The notes: generated by a model not told the origin, from the letters alone. Shown: positions 19,956 to 30,383, counted from the first letter of the stretch. The stretch: DNA of 64,000 nt from Akkermansiaceae bacterium (GCA_040881795.1 JBBECN010000235.1:817-64816); one strand, 5' to 3'. Made by a program: numbers and translations.

Positions 19956-22900
19956 TTATCGAATTCCATGGCTTTTTCCCCGTGTGATTGGCGCTAGGGG
20001 AACAATAAGAAGCAATCGCGTGCCTGAGGAAGGGGCACTTTGGATCTCAAAGCGACCTCCGACTTCTTCCATGCGGGTTCTCATATTGGAAAGGCCGTGC
20101 CCACCGGCGGAGCTGAGTCCGGCAGGAAGACCACAACCATCATCCGTGACCGCAAGGGTGAAATCTTTCAAGGTAACCGCCAAGCTGACTTGGACGGAGT
20201 TGGGGTGCGCATGTTTCACCGCATTGTTCAACGCCTCTTTGAACGCCAGGAAAACATGATGTCGGACCGGAGACTCAAGCGCTGTGTCCGGAAAGGCGAT
20301 TGGAATATCAAGGCGGCACCGCACACCACACGCCGCAAGGTAATCATGGGCATATTTGCTGACGTAGGCCGCAAAGCTGTCCAGCGTGTCATGTTCTGGA
20401 TTGACGGCCCATACAATTTCGCTGAGTTGCAGCGTGAGTTCGCGTCCGGTCTGGCAGATTTCACTGAGGTCCTCGGCCAACTGCGATGGTTCATCTTGTC
20501 CGCCGTGCGCGGATTCACCCAACATCACCAGCCGTGTGAGAGTGCTGCCGATATCATCATGAATATCGCGGGCGATGCGGGCGCGCTCGCCGTCGATCGC
20601 CCGCTGGCGCCTGAGCACTTGCAGCTTTTGCCGCGCCCGGCGCCGGACGAGCGTAAAGACAGCGAATGACAATAAAGCGGCCCCGCTGGTGCGGCTGATC
20701 AACTTGAACCACCGGGTTTGCCAAAAGTGGGGTTCTACCCGCAATGCGAGGTCCGCTCCTGCATGATTCCATACTCCGTCCGCATTGCGGGCGGTCACTT
20801 GGAAGGCATAGTCTCCCGGGGGTAGCTGGGTGTAGGAAACCGAGCGTTGTCTGCCGCCATCAAGCCAGTCGTCATGCAGGCCCTTCAGCCGGTATTTGAA
20901 AGTCACCCGGCTTGGATTGACGAGACTCAAGCCAGTGTAGCGAAACTCGAACTGCCGGCCACCAGGCGGGATGACGAGTTTATTCTGCTTGCCGCTCATG
21001 GGGGGGGGCGAGGAGGCTCCTTGGAACTTTCCCGGCGCTGTGGGCAAGGGAAGTTCCTTCCCATCCACCAGCATCTCCTCAATGATGACCGGGGGAAGCA
21101 AGTGATTCGGGAAGATCTCCTGCGGTTCCACCATGGCGAGGCCACGTCCGGTTGCGAACCAAAGCCGCCCGTCGGCGGTGCGACAACCGGCGGGTTGTCC
21201 TTGCTCCGACATTTCGAGGGTGGCCAAGCCACCCGAGGCATCACAGACCAGGCAGTTTACCAAATCCACGGTGGCATCCGCACAATCCTCGAGTTCCTTC
21301 TTGGGGACTCGAAAGAGCCCACCGAACGAACTCATCCAATAATGCCCGTTCTGATCATCAAGGATCTGGCAGATGACATTGCTAGGCAACCCATTTTGAA
21401 TGGTGATCTTGGTAAATTTGCCATCTTTGAATCGCGAAAGCCCGCCACGTGTCCCCACCCACAGCGAGCCGTTTGGATCGCTATACATCGTTCGGACATA
21501 GTTGCTGGCCAAGCCATCACTGACATCAAACCGGGTGATTTCATCCTGTTGCATGCGGCAGACTCCCCCACCGTCGAGCCCGATCCAGATTGAGCCGTCT
21601 GCGTGTTCGGCGAAACATCGCACCGCGTCATGCCCCAGAGTTCCCGGTTGTTCGATCCACTCCCAACGTCCGTCGCGCAAGCGGCTTGCGCCACCCTTGG
21701 TCCCTGCCCATATATCTCCAGATGATGCCTTGAATACGGTTAGGACCACTTTTTGTTCTTCCGTCCATCCGGCTTGGTCATGAAACTGACCGTCTTCCAA
21801 CGCTCTCAGGCCGCTGCCCCAGGTGCCAACCCAAAGGCGGCCTGAGCCATCCTCCATCACGGAATTGATGATGGACTGCCAAAACGTATCACTGCTGGAT
21901 TCATTGGTGAATTGCTTGTCATTGGATAAACGGTAGATTCCAGCTCCCTCGGTTCCGATCCACAAGCCTCCGGCCGCTCGTGGTGCCACGGTTAAAACCG
22001 CACTGCTTTGCCACATATCCGGTGCGTTCACCATGGTCACACGCCGCGGGTAAAGCACATTCAAGCCGCCGTTGCCGGTTCCCACCCAGATATTTCCCTC
22101 CCGATCTTCGCACAAGGCATAGGCCCAGTTGTGGGAGAGTCCATGTTCCTCATCCAGTTGTTCGGTGCGCCCGTCCTTATCAAGCATCCGGACCCCCTGC
22201 TTGAAACTACCGCCGAAAATCTGCCCACGGCGGTTCTCCAAGAAGGCAGGTATCAGGAACGTTCCCCAATGGCTTTTGCCCCGGTCCGCCACCCATTTGC
22301 CATCGCGCCAGCAGCGCAGCCACCCGTCATCCAAGATCCACAGGCCGCCGGATTGTGCGGGGAAAATGGCTTGCCAACTCGTGTTCACCTCTGGCCCGGT
22401 CTGTAAGGGTATCGCTCCTGATTCTGGGTCAAGCCGGCAGAGTTGGCCGCCGATCCCGGCCCACACCTCGCCATCTAGATCTCGTGCCAAAGCAATGGGC
22501 AATCCCACAACAGGAAGCAGATCACCAGCGATCCCATCCCGCACTGGCTGAATCGCGCCCGATTCATTCATCACCCAGACAGTGCCATCCGCCGCTGCTG
22601 CGAGCCTGAGTATCGGCTTGGATGCCATTTTTCCGTGAAGATCCACGGCGCGGAACCGCCCATTTTCCAGCACGGTCAGCCCTCCCAGATTGTCGCCGAT
22701 CCATAAACGGCCTTGCCGGTCTTCGCACAGACTTTCGATTGCGTTGTTTCGCAAACCGGGTGAGTTCGCAGCGTCGAACGTCTTGAAGCGGACTCCATCG
22801 AAGCGCGCCAATCCGTTGAAGGTGCCAACCCACAGGTAGCCATCCTGCGTCTGGATGATCGCGCGGACTTTGTTGAGTGGCAGTCCGTCCCGCATCTCCC

Positions 22901-23030
22901 AACGTGTCACTACGAACTTAGATGGTTCGGTCGCCGAGGCTGCTTTCAGGTAGGTCGATGAGAAAACCGCCAGCAAGAGAATTCTAGCTGCCCGAAGGAT
23001 CGATCGCTGGATGCCGATGTGGAACGTCAT
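19956..23030 (-). CDS. Sensor histidine kinase with Reg_prop beta-propellers, Y_Y_Y domain and HisKA_3/HATPase_c
   Basis: Repeated GLxxNxV...DxxGxLWxGT; FKYRLKG..SYTQLPPGDYAFQV; a TM helix; ERARIARDIHDDIG, EALNNAVKHA, DDGCG and GHGLSNM. Start taken as MTFHIG (23030). Confidence 0.93.
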   Translation of the reverse strand: MTFHIGIQRSILRAARILLLAVFSSTYLKAASATEPSKFVVTRWEMRDGLPLNKVRAIIQTQDGYLWVGTFNGLARFDGVRFKTFDAANSPGLRNNAIESLCEDRQGRLWIGDNLGGLTVLENGRFRAVDLHGKMASKPILRLAAAADGTVWVMNESGAIQPVRDGIAGDLLPVVGLPIALARDLDGEVWAGIGGQLCRLDPESGAIPLQTGPEVNTSWQAIFPAQSGGLWILDDGWLRCWRDGKWVADRGKSHWGTFLIPAFLENRRGQIFGGSFKQGVRMLDKDGRTEQLDEEHGLSHNWAYALCEDREGNIWVGTGNGGLNVLYPRRVTMVNAPDMWQSSAVLTVAPRAAGGLWIGTEGAGIYRLSNDKQFTNESSSDTFWQSIINSVMEDGSGRLWVGTWGSGLRALEDGQFHDQAGWTEEQKVVLTVFKASSGDIWAGTKGGASRLRDGRWEWIEQPGTLGHDAVRCFAEHADGSIWIGLDGGGVCRMQQDEITRFDVSDGLASNYVRTMYSDPNGSLWVGTRGGLSRFKDGKFTKITIQNGLPSNVICQILDDQNGHYWMSSFGGLFRVPKKELEDCADATVDLVNCLVCDASGGLATLEMSEQGQPAGCRTADGRLWFATGRGLAMVEPQEIFPNHLLPPVIIEEMLVDGKELPLPTAPGKFQGASSPPPMSGKQNKLVIPPGGRQFEFRYTGLSLVNPSRVTFKYRLKGLHDDWLDGGRQRSVSYTQLPPGDYAFQVTARNADGVWNHAGADLALRVEPHFWQTRWFKLISRTSGAALLSFAVFTLVRRRARQKLQVLRRQRAIDGERARIARDIHDDIGSTLTRLVMLGESAHGGQDEPSQLAEDLSEICQTGRELTLQLSEIVWAVNPEHDTLDSFAAYVSKYAHDYLAACGVRCRLDIPIAFPDTALESPVRHHVFLAFKEALNNAVKHAHPNSVQVSLAVTLKDFTLAVTDDGCGLPAGLSSAGGHGLSNMRTRMEEVGGRFEIQSAPSSGTRLLLIVPLAPITRGKSHGIR

Positions 23031-23111
23031 TGATTTCCTTTCGGTAAAACACTGATCAAACATGCCCGGGAGATTGATATGGCCTGATTCCACTGTCCGC
23101 AAGGCGCGGAG

Positions 23112-26090
23112 TCAGGGGGATGCCCGTTCGATACGGGCTCTGATGAATCGGCGTGGCCCGTCGCCTGTGTCGCCAAAGACGATCTGCTGCGGAGTTGATG
23201 AGATCACGATCGTGTCGGCAATTCTCCATGCAGCAGGGTTTGCCAGGTCGGAGCTTGCTTCGGCGGTGACGATGACATCACTCGCAAGTGGATTTCTTGG
23301 GACAAGCAGGCGAAGTTGCTGCGTGGCTCCATGGGGCACGACTAGAACCTGCACGGGTGATCCACCGGGTGTTCCGGCTTCCGTTCCCATCGCATATTCC
23401 AACAGATTATTCATGCCGTCTCCGTCAGGATCCATCATGGGTCCGGCCGCCGCTGGATCGTCAGCGCTTGCCCCAAACGTCACAGATTGCCAAGACTGGA
23501 ACGCGCTGAGTGTGACCTCGATCCGGAGCATGGACTCCGCACTGAGCCCGCCGCTGTCGGTGACGCGCACGGCGAAGTCGTTAGATCCCGCGTCGGCGAT
23601 TGCAGGCGTGCCACTGAGGGAGCCGTTGCCCGCGACGACCAACCAGGACGGGCCTGAGGTTTTGGTGAATGAGAGTGGGTCGGCCTCATCCGGATCACTG
23701 GCGACGGCTGCGAGCGAGTGGCCGGAAAAGACGGCTTGAGCCTCAGCAGCGGGTTTGAGCAAAGGGTTGGCGGCGAAGACCGGAGAGCGGTTCGGCGGTG
23801 CCAGTTCGTCGAGCGTGACCACTTCGGACGCCTGATAGATCCGTGCCACCTTTTCATCCGGCTCGGAGGTGGAGCCATAGGGACCGGTCCACGAGCAGAA
23901 CCAGGCCCAGGTGACGCCGAGGCGGTGCATGCGCTCGATGTCCGGAACACCGCCGAACTCGGTGAGAGCGAGCGGCTTGATTCCGTCGAATCTGGCTAAC
24001 AGAGGAGCCCAGCGGGATGCCAGGGCATCGGAACGGTTGTCCGGATAGGCATCGACCCCGACCACATCCACCACATCGTGGCCGGGATACCAATCCGGAT
24101 GTTCGCTGGTGAGCACCCAGATCAGGTTGTGGAGGCCATGATGGACGGTGAGGCGCTGATAGAGCAGGCGCCAGAGTTCCTTGAAGGGACCGGGACCTTT
24201 CGCGCCCCACCAGAACCAGCCGCCTTCGGATTCATGCAGCGGGCGCCACAGGATTGGGATGTTGGCATCGGCGGCTTTTTTCAGTTGGACGGCGATGGCA
24301 TCGATGTCGCGCAGGATCAGCGCGTAATCCTCGCCGGCCGGATCGGCGAGCGCGGCGGCCACATCGAAGGTCGTCGCGTAGGTGTAAAAGCCCCGCCACC
24401 ATTCCTTGCCTGGGGTGTTGATTAGATCGGTCGGCGCATTCCAGTGCCAGGCGAATTTGACGAGATGGCCGGCGGTGTGTTTGGCGAGGATGGATTCGGT
24501 GTAGTTGCCAGCGTTCTCGCCGAATGCGATTCTGGAAGGTGAGTAGCGCATGAAATCCCCCTCAATGATGGCCGGCAGTTTGCCGGAAACGGTCGCAATG
24601 TGTGAGGTTTCGGCGATTTCATTTTGGCCGGAGTGGGTGAGCGTGCCGTAGTTGGCGGTAAGCTTCGTGAGCAAGTGGCGTGCGGCTTGCGTGGCGAGTG
24701 GATTGCACGGGATGGCAGGGACCGGCAGTGGCAAGACGGGGGTTTCCGGGGTAAGACTTACCGCGTCGATTTCATAATAATTCCAGCCGCCGCCGATTTC
24801 GAGGGTGTTGCTGCCGGCGGCGAGTTCGACCAAGCCCGCATCATAGTTGGTGAAGGTGGTGCTGCCGGGAAAGGTGCCCGAAAAGCCTGTTCCATTGAGG
24901 TTGCCGTTGAAGCCCTTGTTGCCGAATTGCGAGCGGTAGCGGATTGACAAGCGGTAGGACCCGGAGGCCGCGTTGAAGGACCACGCCACCTTGTCACTCG
25001 CGGCGTCGAAGCCGGTGACATAACCGATGCCAGAGTAGCCTGTGCCAGAGGAAGAAATGACGACTCCCGTCAATGCGGCGGTTTCCGCCTCGAGCTGGAT
25101 CGTCGATGGAGGCGGTTCGGTGATCACTTGAATCACCAGCGAGGCATCCGCTGAGAGTCCCGCGGCATCTTTGACCCGGACAACGAAGGCGTTTGATCCC
25201 AGATCGCTTGTGCCAGGAGTTCCTCCCAGGCTGCCGTTCGGCTGGATGACCAACCAGGCGGGGCCGTTGATTTTGCTGAAAACGAGTGTGTCGCCGGGGT
25301 CCGGATCGGAAGCACTTCCTGTGAGAGTTGCCGCTGCATAAGGAGAGCCAACCACGGCGGCGGCGCGAGTGAGGGATGGGTTCGGAAAGACGGGTGGCTG
25401 ATTGGTCGTGACGCTGTCGGAGACCACCCGCAGATTGTCGATGTGCCACTCAGCCTCGGTGGCACCGCCGAAGTTGCTGCCAAGATTGATTTCAAACCAG
25501 GTGCTTGCCGGGTTGATTCGCAGTTCGCTGGTGCTTTCCGCCCATGGCCGCAGCGGTAGGCTGATTGCGTGGGTAGTGACATTTTGGGCTGGGGGGAATG
25601 CGGACGCGGACAGTTCAAGGATAGTTTTCTGCACCCAGCCGCTACCCGAGGGGGGTGCCTGATTGATGGCAATGTTATACCGCATCCCCCAGAACGAGCC
25701 TGTCTTGCCGGTGATCGCGGAATTCTTTCGCAAGATCAGGTCGAAGCGAAGTGTGCCACCGCTGGTCCCGGCGTTGGCAAGTTCGTTGGCGAATGCATGA
25801 TACCTTGCCGCCTCACCCCCGCTTTTGGTGAAGTAGCGTTTGCCCCGCCAGTGCCATCCGGACGGGTTGGCCAGTTGGAGGCTGCCCGCACCGATGCCAG
25901 ACGAATGCACGACCGAACCGCCGGCGTCGGCACTGGAAAACCCCTCGGTATCGGAACCAAAATCCAGCACAGTCTGGCCCTGCAAAACGGGCGTGAGCCA
26001 TAACACGATCAAGAGCCATAGCTGGCGGATCGATAGCGGCGAAGGGCAGGTAAGCATGGGAGAATAATCCGGATCAGTAGGTTTTTTCAA
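23112..26090 (-). CDS. Multimodular GH26 beta-mannanase (unknown domain, Ig/cadherin-like, CBM35-like, GH26, Ig, C-terminal FxR domain)
   Basis: WHWNAP, WWRGFYT, LWRPLHESEGGWFWWG and ALTEFG; LEAETAALTG CBM; SDPD Ig repeats; DPDGDGMNNLLEYAMG...RRFIRARI. Alternative start at ATG 26057. Confidence 0.9.
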   Translation of the reverse strand: MKKPTDPDYSPMLTCPSPLSIRQLWLLIVLWLTPVLQGQTVLDFGSDTEGFSSADAGGSVVHSSGIGAGSLQLANPSGWHWRGKRYFTKSGGEAARYHAFANELANAGTSGGTLRFDLILRKNSAITGKTGSFWGMRYNIAINQAPPSGSGWVQKTILELSASAFPPAQNVTTHAISLPLRPWAESTSELRINPASTWFEINLGSNFGGATEAEWHIDNLRVVSDSVTTNQPPVFPNPSLTRAAAVVGSPYAAATLTGSASDPDPGDTLVFSKINGPAWLVIQPNGSLGGTPGTSDLGSNAFVVRVKDAAGLSADASLVIQVITEPPPSTIQLEAETAALTGVVISSSGTGYSGIGYVTGFDAASDKVAWSFNAASGSYRLSIRYRSQFGNKGFNGNLNGTGFSGTFPGSTTFTNYDAGLVELAAGSNTLEIGGGWNYYEIDAVSLTPETPVLPLPVPAIPCNPLATQAARHLLTKLTANYGTLTHSGQNEIAETSHIATVSGKLPAIIEGDFMRYSPSRIAFGENAGNYTESILAKHTAGHLVKFAWHWNAPTDLINTPGKEWWRGFYTYATTFDVAAALADPAGEDYALILRDIDAIAVQLKKAADANIPILWRPLHESEGGWFWWGAKGPGPFKELWRLLYQRLTVHHGLHNLIWVLTSEHPDWYPGHDVVDVVGVDAYPDNRSDALASRWAPLLARFDGIKPLALTEFGGVPDIERMHRLGVTWAWFCSWTGPYGSTSEPDEKVARIYQASEVVTLDELAPPNRSPVFAANPLLKPAAEAQAVFSGHSLAAVASDPDEADPLSFTKTSGPSWLVVAGNGSLSGTPAIADAGSNDFAVRVTDSGGLSAESMLRIEVTLSAFQSWQSVTFGASADDPAAAGPMMDPDGDGMNNLLEYAMGTEAGTPGGSPVQVLVVPHGATQQLRLLVPRNPLASDVIVTAEASSDLANPAAWRIADTIVISSTPQQIVFGDTGDGPRRFIRARIERASP

Positions 26091-26096
26091 ATAAGT

Positions 26097-26127
26097 AAAA
26101 GCCGCCGGAGCGGGTCCGGCGGCTTTT
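26097..26127. terminator. Bidirectional-type intrinsic terminator
   Basis: AAAA-GCCGCCGGA-GCGGG-TCCGGCGGC-TTTT: a perfect 9-bp GC stem with A/T tails, 25 bp after the stop at 26152. Confidence 0.8.
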
Positions 26128-26151
26128 GTTGCAATACATCAAGAGAAACTG

Positions 26152-28278
26152 CTAGGGAACCTCCACGCGGTAGAAGGCATTCCCTGCGGGCGGTGTGGCA
26201 TCGGTATGCGTGCCATCCGTATCTCCAGAGGAAATCTCGGTCCAGGATCCCATTTCCAAAGTCTGCGAACGCAGGACATTCACCGGGGACGCACCCGTGC
26301 CGCTCCAGCTGATCACTGCCGCATCACCATCATAGGTGAAGCTGGTAATCACCGGAATGATGGGGGTGAGATCAACGACTCCCGCAACCACCCATGGGAC
26401 TGCTGCGGCGCTGCTGGTGGCGGTGTCGGTAGTGACGGTGAAGACCACGCTGTAAGTGCCATTGGAGGTCGGAGCGCCGGAAACCAGGCCGGTGAGCGGA
26501 TCGATGGTCACTCCGGGTGGCAGACCGGTGGCGGAATAAGTCGTGAATCCCTCGCCGTTGGACAGCACCCGGCCGACCATGGGGCTGGCAGTATTGTTAG
26601 GGACTGGCGGCGTGTGCAGAATCTCTGGATCACGGTTCACAAGGACCTCGAAGTCGTCGAAAAGGAATGAAGAACCATCCGCATTTGCAACATCGGTTCC
26701 CAGCCACAATTCGTAAGCACCGGCGGCGGATGCGAGTTTCAGTCCGTTGGTCTGGGTCGAGGTGGCGGGATATAGCGTGACGCTTGCAGCGCGAGTGAAG
26801 CCGGAGGGAGTCGCGTTGGCCATCACAGGCGGATCGGCATCCGGATCACCTCCTTCGCTGAAATTTCCCTTGGTAAGCCGCAGAGCAGTTTGTTGTTGCC
26901 ATGGGCTGCCGCTGAGGCCGTTGTTGACGCCCATACCGTTAAACGTGGCAGTCGGGTCGTAGACATACGCGTCGGTGACCTTGTAGCGGAGCGCGCCGCC
27001 TTTGGAGGCCGCGAGCGCCAACTTGGAGAACACGGCCGCGACTTGTGGATCTGCGTCGGCAGCGGTGAAGTTTGCCTTCGCGCCCCAATCCCAGCCACTC
27101 GGTCCATCGATCTGCACTCCGGTTCCGGTCCACGAAACACTCGATTCCGCGCCTTCAGCCGCAAAACCCTGCTCACTCTCATCAAAGGTCAGGCTGGCGC
27201 TATCGCTGCCGTTGGGAATGATCATGACATTGTCAAGATGGATGGTATTGATCGTGGCAGAATCCCAATTCAACAGCATGGTATAACTTCCGGTCGCCAC
27301 GAGGTTTGGATAGACCGAGGTCGGAATCACCACCCGCACCAGTTCCATTCCGCCAGGCAGGGACACCACCGCCCCTGCCTGAAGGTTCTGGTCATGTTGG
27401 TTCCAAGTTCCGCTGGAATGTTGCAGGACCGTCTGCACGAAGAACCCGCTGAGGGTTCCTGCGGGTGCGATCAGGTCATAGCGCAGTGTGCCGCCGCGGG
27501 TGGCACTCTCGGCCAAGCGTGGCGCAAAAGCGGTGGTGGTGCCAAAGCCCTTGGTGGCATGCGCTTTCCAGCCAGCCGAGTTGCCCGGCATCGCCAGCGA
27601 GCCACCGAAGCTTGACGACCAGGCGACAGGCACCGCTCCAGACGTCGGCCCGAAGCCTTGGGTGACGTTATTGAAGGTGTAGGCATCAGATGCCGGGGGT
27701 GGCGGAGCGTCACCAGCGAAGCGGATGTTGTCCAAATACACCGTCTGGCCCACAAAGCTGGAGCGGGCCATGATGTTGAGTTGGAAATAGTCGCCCGGAC
27801 CGACCGGTGCCGGCGCTGCGGCGGCGAGCGCCGAATAGTCCCATTCCAGCGTCTTCGAGGTCGTCAGCCCGCTGTTCTGCCATTCCCAGTTGATCAATTG
27901 CTGCTGCTGCCAGCCTTGGGGACCGTTGATGGCAACAACCATCTCGACGTTGCCGCTTTCGGTGGTGGTGACTCGGGTGATGTCGATGAGCAAGCGCTTG
28001 TGGGCCTTCCAGTTGGCATAATGGGCGGCACCGACCTCGCCTCCCCATGACTTGGTACTCCAGTTCCAGTCGCCGCTGGCAACTCCCATCGCCATGCTGC
28101 TGCTGCCTTGAGTGGCGAAGGACGACGAGCGGGTGATCGGCGTGTTGGTAATTGTCTCCGGGAAGAGATCTTCATCTGCCTCGAACGAGGTCAACAAAGC
28201 CTGTGCTCGGCTGCCTGTTACAAACGCGAACGACAGGGCCAGGCCGACCAGTGCTGCGGGTTGATGGAATAATTTCAT
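26152..28278 (-). CDS. Secreted non-catalytic multidomain protein (three CBM-like domains, He_PIG-like Ig, C-terminal FYRV domain)
   Basis: Start MKLFHQ (28278) with signal peptide; YSATGLPPGVTIDPLTGLVSGAPT Ig; ends RSQTLEMGSW...GNAFYRVEVP. Confidence 0.8.
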   Translation of the reverse strand: MKLFHQPAALVGLALSFAFVTGSRAQALLTSFEADEDLFPETITNTPITRSSSFATQGSSSMAMGVASGDWNWSTKSWGGEVGAAHYANWKAHKRLLIDITRVTTTESGNVEMVVAINGPQGWQQQQLINWEWQNSGLTTSKTLEWDYSALAAAAPAPVGPGDYFQLNIMARSSFVGQTVYLDNIRFAGDAPPPPASDAYTFNNVTQGFGPTSGAVPVAWSSSFGGSLAMPGNSAGWKAHATKGFGTTTAFAPRLAESATRGGTLRYDLIAPAGTLSGFFVQTVLQHSSGTWNQHDQNLQAGAVVSLPGGMELVRVVIPTSVYPNLVATGSYTMLLNWDSATINTIHLDNVMIIPNGSDSASLTFDESEQGFAAEGAESSVSWTGTGVQIDGPSGWDWGAKANFTAADADPQVAAVFSKLALAASKGGALRYKVTDAYVYDPTATFNGMGVNNGLSGSPWQQQTALRLTKGNFSEGGDPDADPPVMANATPSGFTRAASVTLYPATSTQTNGLKLASAAGAYELWLGTDVANADGSSFLFDDFEVLVNRDPEILHTPPVPNNTASPMVGRVLSNGEGFTTYSATGLPPGVTIDPLTGLVSGAPTSNGTYSVVFTVTTDTATSSAAAVPWVVAGVVDLTPIIPVITSFTYDGDAAVISWSGTGASPVNVLRSQTLEMGSWTEISSGDTDGTHTDATPPAGNAFYRVEVP

Positions 28279-28360
28279 CGTGGGTAGGTTTTGTGGGTTC
28301 TTGTTTCGAGCAATCATCGATCGATCGGATGCAACCGTCATACTGACTGCCAAACTTGGA

Positions 28361-28374
28361 TTGCCATATGACAA
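28361..28374. promoter_or_regulatory. Operator-like palindrome TTGCCATATGACAA (site 2)
   Basis: In the divergent intergenic region, 83 bp upstream of the 28278 start. Confidence 0.75.
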
Positions 28375-28620
28375 ATCAAAGGATGAGCAGCATGTCAAAC
28401 GGAAAATTCAATGAAAATATTTTCCACCCGAACGGGCGGGAACCCACCCAACCAGCCTAGCCATTGTTTGGGACGCAGGTCGATCATTGCCAATCGCTCG
28501 GTGGCGGGAATGCGAGGTGATCGGATTGAATTAGATCCTCACGGACCACTCGTTTCGCCCCTGACCTTGTCGCCCACAGTTTTTTTGTGGTTTCATGATT
28601 TTTTTGTTGCCAGATGTCCC

Positions 28621-28650
28621 AAATCAAATTGTCATATGACAACTTGATTT
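28621..28650. promoter_or_regulatory. Operator-like palindrome, perfect core TTGTCATATGACAA (site 3)
   Basis: AAATCAAATTGTCATATGACAACTTGATTT is symmetric at 28 of 30 positions; upstream of the PEP-CTERM/GH130/LacI/MFS operon. Confidence 0.85.
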
Positions 28651-28717
28651 GAAATGAGTCCGCAAGAGCAGTGGAAGTCAATCCAGCCAATCGATCAACC
28701 CAAAGCAACCATCAACC

Positions 28718-29320
28718 ATGAAACCCATCTCAAACCACTTGATCATCGCACTTTTATTTGCCAATTGTTTTGAGGCGGTGCAAGGAGCAGCGTTGCTCAC
28801 CTCCTTTGAGACAGCCGAGGAATTGTTTCCCACGACCTCAACCAACACGCCGATTTCCCAATCCATGCTGCATGCCACCGCCGGCACTTCCAGCATGGAG
28901 ATGGGCGTGGCCAGCGGGGATTGGAACTGGAGCACCAAGACTTACGGAGCAGCGGAATATGCGGCATGGCGTGCCAACACTACGCTGACGATTGACCTGA
29001 CAAGGCTGACGGGAGCCAACGGAGCAAATCTGGAGTTCGTGATCGCGATCAACGGTGAGCAGGGGTGGAACCAGTCGCAGTTGGTGAATTGGACCTGGCA
29101 GAATCAGAACGAGACCAGTTCGCAGACGCTTGAATGGGACTATTCGGCAATCGCGGCGTCTGCGCCGTCCGAAGGGACCTATTGGCAGTTGAACATCATG
29201 GCGCGCTCCGGCCAGCAGAACCAGACCTTGTATGTGGACAATATCCAGTTCGTGCCCGAGCCATCGGCGGCCCTGCTGGGCTTGGCCGGGCTGAGTCTGC
29301 TGGCTCGGCGGCGCCGCTGA
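28718..29320 (+). CDS. PEP-CTERM surface protein, single CBM-like domain
   Basis: Signal peptide; VPEPSAALLGLAGLSLLARRRR; domain paralogous to the N-terminus of 26152-28278. Confidence 0.92.
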   Translation: MKPISNHLIIALLFANCFEAVQGAALLTSFETAEELFPTTSTNTPISQSMLHATAGTSSMEMGVASGDWNWSTKTYGAAEYAAWRANTTLTIDLTRLTGANGANLEFVIAINGEQGWNQSQLVNWTWQNQNETSSQTLEWDYSAIAASAPSEGTYWQLNIMARSGQQNQTLYVDNIQFVPEPSAALLGLAGLSLLARRRR

Positions 29321-29372
29321 AGGATCCTACCATTTCACCTCGGCTTCATTCACTTGCCGTTTTTCCTGAAAA

Positions 29373-30383
29373 ATGCAGACCATCGACACGCCCGCCACCG
29401 CTCGTCCGACCATCCTTGGAGATGCCTTACCGAACCTGCCATGGCAGGATCGCCCGGCTGGCCACCTTCACCCGGTGTGGCGGCATTCTGCGAACCCGGT
29501 GATCGAACGCAGTCCATTTCCGGCCTGCAATTCGGTCTTCAACAGTGCGGTGGTGCCTTTCAAGGGCGGCTATGCAGGGGTTTTCCGCTGCGATTCCACG
29601 GCTCGCGAGATGCAGTTGCACGTCGGATTTTCCGATGATGGCCTGCACTGGAATCTCAACCCCGAGCGAATCCGCTTTCAATGCAGTGATCCGGAAATCG
29701 CCCATTGGGAATACGGCTACGACCCGCGTGTGATTTGGCTTGAGGACCGGTGGTATGTCACGTGGTGCAATGGTTACCACGGTCCGACCATCGGCATGGC
29801 TTGGACCAGCGATTTCAAGTCGTTCCACCAGATGGAGAACAGCTATCTGATTTTCAACCGCAACGGAGTGCTGTTCCCGCGCAAGATCGGTGGCAAGTTT
29901 GTGATGCTCAACCGCCCGAGCGACAATGGGCACACACCGTTTGGCGACATCTTCCTGTCGCAGAGCCCGGATCTCACCCACTGGGGCTGCCACCGCTTCG
30001 TGATGGGGGCCACCGAGGGCTGGCAACATCTGAAAATCGGCGCGGGCACCGTGCCCATCGAAACGACCGAGGGTTGGCTGATTTTCTATCATGGCGTGCT
30101 GCTCTCCTGCAACGGCTATGTCTATTCATGGAGCGCCGCGCTGCTCGATATCGACGAGCCATGGAAGGTCATCCGCCGCGCCAAGCCCTATTTGATCAAC
30201 CCGCGCGAGCCCTATGAGTGCGTGGGGGACGTGCCCAATGTCACCTTTCCCACCGCAGCGCTGGTGGATGCCCCGAGTGGCCGGATTGCCATTTACTACG
30301 GTTGCGCCGATACGGTGACCGGCCTCGCTTATTGCCAAGTTGATGAAATTCTCGCGTGGCTTGAATGCAACTCCATGGTATGA
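29373..30383 (+). CDS. GH130 beta-1,4-mannooligosaccharide phosphorylase
   Basis: NSVFNSAVVPF, YGYDPRV, NRNGVLFPRKI, RPSDNGHTPFGDIF, KIGAG and GDVPNVTFP; no signal peptide. Confidence 0.93.
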   Translation: MQTIDTPATARPTILGDALPNLPWQDRPAGHLHPVWRHSANPVIERSPFPACNSVFNSAVVPFKGGYAGVFRCDSTAREMQLHVGFSDDGLHWNLNPERIRFQCSDPEIAHWEYGYDPRVIWLEDRWYVTWCNGYHGPTIGMAWTSDFKSFHQMENSYLIFNRNGVLFPRKIGGKFVMLNRPSDNGHTPFGDIFLSQSPDLTHWGCHRFVMGATEGWQHLKIGAGTVPIETTEGWLIFYHGVLLSCNGYVYSWSAALLDIDEPWKVIRRAKPYLINPREPYECVGDVPNVTFPTAALVDAPSGRIAIYYGCADTVTGLAYCQVDEILAWLECNSMV

